Positions 26,401-32,000 of a DNA stretch of 32,000 bases are shown piece after piece; within the stretch, counting starts at the first letter, position 1, and every line of letters starts with the position of its first letter. This DNA comes from Candidatus Saccharimonadota bacterium (GTDB lineage Bacteria; Patescibacteriota; Gracilibacteria; UBA4473), in NCBI GenBank assembly GCA_965228485.1, contig OZ245819.1, positions 780,001 through 812,000 of the forward strand, in the 5' to 3' direction. Made by a program: the position numbers and the translations under genes. The notes beneath the pieces were generated by a model. It worked only from the letters and a program-made list of their open reading frames with translations, was not told where the DNA came from and made no database searches.

Positions 26401-27427
26401 CATCAGCCGAAACAAGAACGAATCGGTTGTGGTGACCAGTATTTGTGTCTGTGTCAGAGAACTTCATAGAAGCAACAACATCAGCAACGATAGTTTGTCC
26501 AGCAGGAACAACGATAGGTGGGTTGAATCGTAGTTCAACAACATCATCATTGTTTACTGATTTATCGTTACCAACTTTGAATCCGTCAATTTCTAACCAA
26601 ACGTTTTCAAAATCGTCGTTGTCCCCTAGACCTAGACGAGTGAAAGTCATAGAAGAAATTTCTACGTCAGCATCATCAGAAGCTGTTAGCTCAACAGTAG
26701 TGAACGGAACTGAAGTAGCGTTGAAAGGAATGTTTGTTCCTCGTGGAGTATCATTAGATAGAGCCACTTCAACAGTACCTTCAGCGATTCCGTTGAATCC
26801 ACCAAGAGCTACCAGTTGACAATCGTAAACGATTTTAACAGTTTCAGCACGTGTTACAGCGTTTCCAGGACCGAAAGTCCCGTCACCGTAACCTCGCATA
26901 CAACCGTTGTTGTAGATAGTTTCTACGTAACCGTAGAACCAGTCTCCTGAAGTAACGTCATCAAAATGAGGTGCTCCAGAAAGGTCTTGATCAAGTTCAA
27001 AACCATTTACAACCATTTTAGCGATTTCAGCTCGGTTGATTCCAACACCTGGTCGGAACATTCCGTCTGGGTAACCGTTAATCCATCCTTGGTTGTACAT
27101 TGTTTCGATGTAGTCGTAGAACCAAGCTTCTTCAGCCACATCTGGGAAGTGAGGACCTCCCGTAGTATCCATATCGATTCCAGTAGCAAGAACGATGATT
27201 TTAGATACTTCCGCTCGATTTAGTTGTCGATTTGGTGCGAAAGAACCGTCATCATTTCCTCCTACAACTCCTTGGTCCATAAGTTCTTCAATCGCTTCTT
27301 CAGCCCAAGATGGGATTTCAGCGTCATCTGTGAATCCTAGAGAGGCAGCAGAAGCTACTCCGAAGAAAGCCACAGAAGAAAGAGCTACAGACGCAAGTCC
27401 TTTTTGTAAATGCGTAAGCAATTCCAT
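23477..27427 (-). CDS. Large secreted S-layer / surface protein with three N-terminal SLH domains
   Basis: Signal peptide (...FFGVASAAS). Three SLH repeats (aa ~32-82, 93-142, 153-201), each with W/F..Y..........G...G...G.F.P....NRAE. Then ~1100 aa of acidic, Thr/Val/Ala/Asp-rich sequence in recurring ~110-130 aa modules. Confidence 0.85.
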   Translation of the reverse strand: MELLTHLQKGLASVALSSVAFFGVASAASLGFTDDAEIPSWAEEAIEELMDQGVVGGNDDGSFAPNRQLNRAEVSKIIVLATGIDMDTTGGPHFPDVAEEAWFYDYIETMYNQGWINGYPDGMFRPGVGINRAEIAKMVVNGFELDQDLSGAPHFDDVTSGDWFYGYVETIYNNGCMRGYGDGTFGPGNAVTRAETVKIVYDCQLVALGGFNGIAEGTVEVALSNDTPRGTNIPFNATSVPFTTVELTASDDADVEISSMTFTRLGLGDNDDFENVWLEIDGFKVGNDKSVNNDDVVELRFNPPIVVPAGQTIVADVVASMKFSDTDTNTGHHNRFVLVSADDIVSSAANIAGDFPVEGEEMEIASYEVTSMEFDELGSDTTVEVGDAFVEIGKFKMENQSTTNKDVEVRAITFKNDGTAELEDTLENVGLYVSGEQVSAETIIDGDYVTFRLDNGVTGGYIIEDGDSKIFSIRTDIVSAEKGDTINFKVDNFEDVVAVEIGTAFGVRAKSDGDGLQIDPSDSTKTTGTGVTCASGDDAEDDCARLTMYTIDAGDINISRDPSSLSNQEYAPGSNDVVFLTARVVVDQPVIVDGVKVEVNAIANGTTPADNTDLTTLAGLNGAFDNFRLYVNDKLIDTENEFGGTAMGAVPGTAGNAYLDFNTTFELAGTSVIKLVGNVDSSADNADGIKLQIAKTAFDSPEYISTGDQIPADQVLGSAVASFVEVQQSILEIARTDGFSAETIVAGVDDVTFMKFVLDNNDSGDVNVTSISIEANATATSAAENYGEYTAAIFVDGVQQGSSRNLNTSGEATFNDLSVVIPSAGQKEFELVVDTLESLADGTGASDDVAISVTAANADNVENGNEVEVHLAGTSTALGDTIGTDSVDSVTYTFVQSGTLTIADGATIVNSTNIIVANSTEIEVYKIRLSAANDDVEVKDFYFVNASSAPTTVGADPAIQTDNATADDVVDAGGVTFAVGDKIVIEEAGLPTTVATVTAFTAPNATYSAAGTVDYTAAATVSALDSDGGDRFNFKLYDEAGNLIQTKQMTGGQLHFELANADRIQVPKDNSTTVTLKVDARDITEASQTAQRLRVVSDLSEATTGVEAVTASTGSDLTSVVNNTNGSESYVAYRTMLTFANAASQPSFVSTAGEAAIYRFTVSNDAAYEAILEDVTVKVTSSAVDVIANGAETFDLVKYSSSDYSGTPTDLVTGVTATLVAGSVDVAFTGMGDEVDGTNYYEVRIQGGYNNGASDNDSVTGTLVNDATAVSAAGTAGAVGSGDSIVWSDRSNNGGAGQYLNGFELVLPSQSAGISE

Positions 27428-27471
27428 GAGTGTAAAAATTAGAAAATAATTCTTTTGTTAGATTATCGAAC

Positions 27472-27487
27472 CATGGCGAACGCCATG
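27472..27487 (-). promoter_or_regulatory. GC-rich hairpin in the surface-protein leader (CATGGCG-AA-CGCCATG)
   Basis: Perfect 7-nt inverted repeat about 45-60 nt upstream of the ATG at 27427. Its function (5' stabiliser or operator) is unknown. Confidence 0.4.
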
Positions 27488-27492
27488 CTTCG

Positions 27493-27522
27493 TCTATAAA
27501 AAATTGATAATCTCGTCGTCAA
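27493..27522 (-). promoter_or_regulatory. Proximal candidate promoter, TTGACG-18 nt-TATAGA
   Basis: On the minus strand, TTGACG at 27517-27522 and TATAGA at 27493-27498. It would place the hairpin at the mRNA 5' end. Confidence 0.25.
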
Positions 27523-27811
27523 AAACTATTTCGTAGTAATCATTTTGCGAAAGGCAAAACTCAACATACTTCATAGCCTTTTTCTCTTCCTCATAAAAGC
27601 GCGCTTAAGAACTCCAAACAATCGTTTGTCGCTCTCCGCTTTTATTCGGTGAAGAAATTCAATTTGTTTTATTTCTAGAAAAAACTTATTGAGAAAGCCT
27701 CTTCCGGCCTGAATTTTAAAGAACTTTTCTTTTTGTCACGGAGGACTGAATTCCTCGCGCGGACTGGGAGAAAATTGTTTCACCAATTCTCAAGCCAATC
27801 AGAACGGCGGA

Positions 27812-27840
27812 ATCTTAGTTGAAAACTGACACAAAGTCAA
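27812..27840 (-). promoter_or_regulatory. Distal candidate promoter, TTGACT-17 nt-TAAGAT
   Basis: On the minus strand, TTGACT at 27835-27840, 17-nt spacer, TAAGAT at 27812-27817. It would give a leader of about 375 nt. Confidence 0.4.
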
Positions 27841-27896
27841 ATTTTGATACCAGCGAAACCGCGCGAATTCTTGAACGACTAAAATCCTAAAATGTT

Positions 27897-27927
27897 ACGA
27901 AAAAAAGTAGACATTTTGCCTACTTAT
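27897..27927 (-). terminator. Intrinsic terminator after the lipoprotein gene
   Basis: On the minus strand, AAGTAG-GCAAAATGT-CTACTT followed by TTTTTTTCG, about 25 nt after the stop at 27952. Confidence 0.6.
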
Positions 27928-27951
27928 TTCAAAACACAAAAAGCCAGACTA

Positions 27952-28338
27952 CTACCGCTCCCCTGTGGTTACTGCTTCTTTCAGATCTTTTCCAGCCTGA
28001 TTAAGTTTATCGAGTGCAGCTTTTGTCTCTTCGTAGGCCTGTTGAGCAGCTTTTAGCTTTGCCTGAATCTCATCAATTTTCTCTAAACCTTGATCCTTCT
28101 TCGTTTTAAGGGTTGTTTGAAGTTCTGAAATCTCCGTTTCGAGCGTTTCATATTTTTGCTGTAGAGACTCTAAATCAAAATCTCCAACTTTATCCTGAAT
28201 CCCTGAAGCTACATCAGGAATTTTTTCTCCCACCTCCTGAATAGTTTCCGTTCCCTGATTAATAATTTCTTGAGTTTGAGCTGGATTTGTACAAGCCCAA
28301 ACACCAACAGCGATAATAAGTACGAGTAAAAATCTCAT
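27952..28338 (-). CDS. Small coiled-coil lipoprotein or secreted protein
   Basis: MRFLLVLIIAVGVWAC has a lipobox-like Cys. The rest is heptad-like and Glu/Lys/Gln-rich (LESLQQKYETLETEISELQTTLKTKKDQ...). Confidence 0.55.
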   Translation of the reverse strand: MRFLLVLIIAVGVWACTNPAQTQEIINQGTETIQEVGEKIPDVASGIQDKVGDFDLESLQQKYETLETEISELQTTLKTKKDQGLEKIDEIQAKLKAAQQAYEETKAALDKLNQAGKDLKEAVTTGER

Positions 28339-28340
28339 GT

Positions 28341-28673
28341 TTATTTAAATAAATCCTCAACACTATGCCCCTTAAAATCATTTACAGCATTTTTTATGTT
28401 TTCTAAGTCTTGATTGTGCAAAGACCTCTTTCCAAGCTCCAAAGAAAAGGACTGCCCTGGTTCAAGCTTTGGTGCCGACGGACTTGTCGCTCCAATCTCT
28501 GCTGAAATATGTGCTTTTGCAGCACATACTCGGCAACCAGAACTGAATTCCACTTGGTTTCCTTTCACTGAATTAATTTCAATATCCTCTCGTAAGAAAC
28601 GAGCCTTACACTTTGGACAATGAATCTGATTCTGAATTCGATCAATAATCTTCTGTAAATGTTCAATTTTCAT
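28341..28673 (-). CDS. Zinc-ribbon-like hypothetical protein
   Basis: CPKC...(24 aa)...CRVC forms a four-Cys pair. 110 aa. Only a 2-nt gap to the downstream lipoprotein gene. Confidence 0.5.
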   Translation of the reverse strand: MKIEHLQKIIDRIQNQIHCPKCKARFLREDIEINSVKGNQVEFSSGCRVCAAKAHISAEIGATSPSAPKLEPGQSFSLELGKRSLHNQDLENIKNAVNDFKGHSVEDLFK

Positions 28674-28681
28674 AACTCTAT

Positions 28682-28710
28682 TTTATACCTAATTTTTATA
28701 ACTAGAACAA
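28682..28710 (-). promoter_or_regulatory. Candidate promoter, TTGTTC-17 nt-TATAAA
   Basis: On the minus strand, TTGTTC at 28705-28710 and TATAAA at 28682-28687. The -10 box ends 8 nt from the ATG at 28673. Confidence 0.35.
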
Positions 28711-28739
28711 ATTTTTTTATATTTTTCAAGAGTTGGAGA

Positions 28740-30206
28740 CTATCCACGATAATTTGGGGCTTCTTTCAGAATAGAAATATCGTGCGGATGCGATTCACGA
28801 AGTCCGGCTCCTGTAATCTGAACAAAGTGAGCTTTTTCTCTATAAGCTTTAATATCGGGTGCACCACAATACCCCATTGAACTCCGAATTCCTCCACAGA
28901 TCTGAAAGATCTCTCCAGAAGCACATCCTTTTAGCAAGATTTTTCCTTCGATTCCCTCTGGGACCAACTTTTCGTCAGCGACATTACTTTGAGCATATCG
29001 CTCCTTTCCTCCTCTTTTCATGGCCGCAATAGACCCCATTCCACGATAGTATTTATAAGTTTTCCCTTCAGCGTAAATAATCTCTCCAGGGGATTGCTCT
29101 GTCCCAGCCAGCAAAGAACCAACCATTACACAACTAGCTCCTCCCGCCAAAGCTTTTGCCGCATCTCCAGAATATTTAATCCCTCCATCGGCAATCACTG
29201 GCACCCCTTGAGCGTTTGCCATTTTTGCCACATTCATAACGGCTGACAATTGAGGCACTCCCACTCCTGCAATAATCCGAGTCGTACAAATTGACCCCGG
29301 ACCAATTCCAACTTTTACCCCATCAGCTCCCGCATCGATAAGCGCTTGAGCGGCTTCGGGCGTTGCAATATTTCCCCCAATTACATCTACTGATTTATAC
29401 GTTTTTTTAATATACTTAACAGTATCCAACACCCCCTTAGAGTGACCATGAGCTGTATCAACTACAAGCACATCGACTCCTGCACCAACTAGAAGCTTTA
29501 CACGCTCTTCCATGTTATGAGCTGGGCCAACTGCGGCCGCAACCAACAATCTCTTATGCTTGTCTTTTGCTGCATTTGGATAATCTTCATTTTTCTCCAT
29601 ATCTTTCCGAGTCATCAATGCGTGCAATGTTCCATCTTCATTTAGAATTAAAAGCTTTGAATGTTTTGATTCTTCCAAAACATCATTGGCCTCAGAAAGT
29701 TCTAAAGGAGCTTTTGCTGTCAGCAAGTTTTCCACTGGACGCATTCTGTCTGCAATCTTCAGATTACTATGTTTTTGCTTCAAGTAATCATTACGAGTGA
29801 TAAGTCCTACAACTTTCGAATCAAGAGTCCCATCCTGAGTAATCGGAACGGCCTTAAATCCATGACACTCTCTAATAGCGATTACTTCTTCAATAGAATC
29901 TTCTGGAGAAAGCACGATGGGGTCGTGAATAAAACCATTCTCAAATCGCTTTACCTTTGCCACCATGACAGCCTGATCCTCTGGATCACAATTTTTATGA
30001 ATCACTCCAATTCCTCCATGTAAGGCCATGTGAATCGCCATCTTCTCTTCGGTTACTGTATCCATTGCCGCTGATACTAACGGGATATTCAATTTGATGT
30101 TTCGAGTAAATTGAGTCTCCAGAGAAACCTGTTTAGGTAAAATTTCTGAATACTGAGGTACCAGTAAAACATCATCAAACGTCAGCCCTTGAGAAAGATT
30201 AGTCAT
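28740..30206 (-). CDS. guaB: Inosine-5'-monophosphate dehydrogenase with a CBS pair
   Basis: [39 protein letters not shown] (catalytic Cys loop) and YRGMGS. The CBS subdomain is at about aa 90-200. Confidence 0.95.
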   Translation of the reverse strand: MTNLSQGLTFDDVLLVPQYSEILPKQVSLETQFTRNIKLNIPLVSAAMDTVTEEKMAIHMALHGGIGVIHKNCDPEDQAVMVAKVKRFENGFIHDPIVLSPEDSIEEVIAIRECHGFKAVPITQDGTLDSKVVGLITRNDYLKQKHSNLKIADRMRPVENLLTAKAPLELSEANDVLEESKHSKLLILNEDGTLHALMTRKDMEKNEDYPNAAKDKHKRLLVAAAVGPAHNMEERVKLLVGAGVDVLVVDTAHGHSKGVLDTVKYIKKTYKSVDVIGGNIATPEAAQALIDAGADGVKVGIGPGSICTTRIIAGVGVPQLSAVMNVAKMANAQGVPVIADGGIKYSGDAAKALAGGASCVMVGSLLAGTEQSPGEIIYAEGKTYKYYRGMGSIAAMKRGGKERYAQSNVADEKLVPEGIEGKILLKGCASGEIFQICGGIRSSMGYCGAPDIKAYREKAHFVQITGAGLRESHPHDISILKEAPNYRG

Positions 30207-30269
30207 GTGATATCAAAATATTTCTGATACCCTAAATAATCAGTGTCTGAAGTCAAATTTTATTGTTAT

Positions 30270-31613
30270 CTAAAACAAACTATCTATTTTCTCCGATAAA
30301 ATTTTTGCTAGATCTGGAGCCAACATATCTTCGAGCCTTAACAAGAACTTCTGAGAAGCATCATTTACCGGCAATTCATCCACAGTATTTTTCAGCATAG
30401 CAATCTGATCAATTTTAACAGGTTCATTCTGAATCTTCCGAAGTAAACCAATAACATAGTTATCGGCTAAGTACTGAATAATCTCTTCTTGATGAGGCTC
30501 TCCTAGGCTGGCTAGATAATTGAGCAATACATAACGATCAAAAGCCTCAACTCCTGTATCTACTGGAGCAAAAGCCAAACTGTTTTTATTCTGAGATAAG
30601 ACCATAAACACGGCCTCTAAAGCTTTCGTCTCCGTAAGCACATCTACACGATCCGTCTTAGCTGCTAATTGTTCATAAACTTCTCCAAGAAGGATTTGAT
30701 CTAAGTTCTTCTTTGGTACAAAACTTAAATCTCTAGAAGATCCCAATACGGCGACAACGGATAAATAAGTTTTTTCTGCCGATAAGATATCTCTGTTTGC
30801 TGCCACCCTTTCTCCGTGAGAAGATTTTTCTATTCCCGTAAGAACCTTGGTTCGAGTAATGGCTAGTTTCCCTAGGATTGATTCAATCTGAGCATTAGAA
30901 AGACTAATTCCTTCAGGAATCTCCACCTCCCTTAAGCGAGTATCGCTCCGCAGTGTAATCACATCACCTTTTTCAGCAATCAGTTTTCCACTGTGAAGAT
31001 CTACCACCTGCACTGTTTTTTCTAAAGGATGTACCGTTGTTTCTCCCGTAGAAGAAACTACCACTTCCACTCCACTTCCTCTCTCTCCCATAATAGAAGC
31101 TCTCTCTGTTTTGATCTGAGTGACTCCAAGATTTTCTCCCTGAAGAGCGCCTCTAACAACAAATAATTCATCTCTAGCTTCTACCTTAAATTCTGTTCCT
31201 TCTTGAGCTTTAGAGATCAAGCTATCAGTCACCAAGATGGCATTTCCACGATGTCCAATCTTGACAATATCTCCAACACGAACCTCTAATTCATCTTTAA
31301 CCAAAAAACTTTCATTCCCACGAATGACTTCTACGACCCCACTATTGGACTTAATTGTCCCGGCCACCATCTGATTAGAAAGAAATGGAGCTTCGACAAT
31401 CCCTAAAAAAGACAGCCCTACAAAAGCCATCATTGAAAAAGCCGAAAAACGCATAATCCAGTGTCGCCAAGTAAGCCACTTTAAATGACCATGTTCCCGA
31501 CGATAAGCATCTACTACCTGCTCTCTAACCCGAACCTTCGTGGCAACTGTTGCCTCAGGTGCGTGGTATATATAGTACTTCTTGATTAATGATTTTAGGT
31601 CTTCAAAGCTCAT
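30270..31613 (-). CDS. Hypothetical membrane-anchored protein (N-in, single TM, large extracytoplasmic part)
   Basis: One transmembrane helix (FSAFSMMAFVGLSFLGIV). Then a beta-rich, FecR-like stretch (GTIKSNSGVVEVIRGNESFLVKDELEVRVGDIVKIG) and a helical C-terminal half. The family assignment is tentative. Confidence 0.45.
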   Translation of the reverse strand: MSFEDLKSLIKKYYIYHAPEATVATKVRVREQVVDAYRREHGHLKWLTWRHWIMRFSAFSMMAFVGLSFLGIVEAPFLSNQMVAGTIKSNSGVVEVIRGNESFLVKDELEVRVGDIVKIGHRGNAILVTDSLISKAQEGTEFKVEARDELFVVRGALQGENLGVTQIKTERASIMGERGSGVEVVVSSTGETTVHPLEKTVQVVDLHSGKLIAEKGDVITLRSDTRLREVEIPEGISLSNAQIESILGKLAITRTKVLTGIEKSSHGERVAANRDILSAEKTYLSVVAVLGSSRDLSFVPKKNLDQILLGEVYEQLAAKTDRVDVLTETKALEAVFMVLSQNKNSLAFAPVDTGVEAFDRYVLLNYLASLGEPHQEEIIQYLADNYVIGLLRKIQNEPVKIDQIAMLKNTVDELPVNDASQKFLLRLEDMLAPDLAKILSEKIDSLF

Positions 31614-31648
31614 TTGCGCTGTAGAGAAACGCTAAGTGTAAATTTTTG

Positions 31649-31987
31649 TTACAACTTTTTCACTAAATCTTTTCCTTCTCCTAACCATTTAGTGAGAACA
31701 AAATCCAGAATCATCCCCCAGACAGCTCCTTCCACCATCAATAAAAACACCGGAGCTCCTGTAATTGCGACATAAGTGCCACTCATAAATTCAAAAGCTG
31801 TAGAAATATCATCATAAATTAAAAGCGCTAACACTAGATTTAAACCAGCTCCAACCAAGGCCCCTCGAAGTAGTGCTGGCATTGGCAAGCCTAAAATTGG
31901 ATGCTCTCTGTAAATACCCATGAAAGCAATAACCGCCCCAAACATAGTATACCAAAGCCAGATACCAAACCCTGTAAGCAGATTCAT
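31649..31987 (-). CDS. Small hydrophobic membrane protein (112 aa)
   Basis: Three to four predicted transmembrane helices. No motif recognised. Confidence 0.45.
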   Translation of the reverse strand: MNLLTGFGIWLWYTMFGAVIAFMGIYREHPILGLPMPALLRGALVGAGLNLVLALLIYDDISTAFEFMSGTYVAITGAPVFLLMVEGAVWGMILDFVLTKWLGEGKDLVKKL

Positions 31988-32000
31988 TTGAGGGCTCAGT

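Noticed and set aside
331-26819. Many antisense or out-of-frame ORFs in the track, for example 331..534, 1573..1794, 7568..8068 (166 aa), 11988..12476 (162 aa), 16715..17086, 22396..22687 and 24548..27449 within the surface-protein gene.
   Set aside because: Each lies entirely inside a longer ORF with clear family motifs on the other strand or frame. Their translations are low-complexity (Ser/Phe/Lys/Ile-rich) with no motifs, so they are shadow ORFs.
27463-27480. A GGTTCGA T-loop-like string (minus strand) raised the possibility of a tRNA or tmRNA.
   Set aside because: The flanking bases do not form a T-stem, and no acceptor or anticodon arms can be drawn.
27700-27722. GAAAGCCTCTTCCGGCCT on the plus strand resembles part of the c-di-GMP-I riboswitch core. 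Its complement, CAGGCCGGAAGAGGC, resembles the SRP RNA helix-8 GGAA loop region.
   Set aside because: The rest of either consensus is missing: no GGCAAAC...GACGCAAAGCC context, and no symmetric or asymmetric loop partners. For the riboswitch the orientation also has no downstream gene. The resemblance is probably chance.
1-32000. Possible alternative genetic code (UGA as a sense codon), as in some candidate phyla.
   Set aside because: Long ORFs with intact family motifs terminate at TGA in four ATGA overlaps, and the proteins have normal lengths. The standard code 11 fits.
1-32000. CRISPR arrays, rRNA or tRNA genes, transposases, integrases, prophage or toxin-antitoxin modules.
   Set aside because: I saw none. 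There are no regularly spaced direct repeats and no recognisable recombinase or transposase motifs. The only mobile-looking item is the GIY-YIG/hairpin cassette.

Overview
AT-rich, very compact bacterial chromosomal segment read with the standard code: TGA acts as a stop in four ATGA start/stop overlaps, so there is no UGA recoding. I can support about 33 protein genes. I saw no rRNA, tRNA or CRISPR array. Most content is housekeeping: the 3' part of ileS, ilvA, yidC-rnpA-rpmH, a glutamate dehydrogenase, holB plus a PSP1/RicT gene, purH and purQ, an M42 peptidase, murE-frr-ftsQ, der, recF and guaB. Tiny intergenic spacers, absent Shine-Dalgarno motifs and many orphan proteins suggest an uncultivated, reduced-genome lineage (CPR/Patescibacteria-like), but that is inference only. 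Main observations: (1) a complete histidine-phosphatase (PGAM-like) domain inserted in-frame inside IleRS, heading a five-gene translationally coupled block (VOC, YbaK-like deacylase, second histidine phosphatase, threonine dehydratase). (2) A 1316-aa surface protein with three SLH domains, preceded by a 524-bp non-coding leader with promoter-like boxes and inverted repeats. (3) A small GIY-YIG nuclease gene bracketed by three copies of a ~25-nt hairpin repeat that shows compensatory substitutions. (4) PurQ fused to a tandem PurS-like pair. (5) Five of the six convergent gene pairs share a 4-bp overlapping stop (CTAA or CTAG). (6) Several -10-like boxes lie 6-12 nt from start codons, suggesting leaderless mRNAs. 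All functional calls come from motif recognition by eye; no searches were run.
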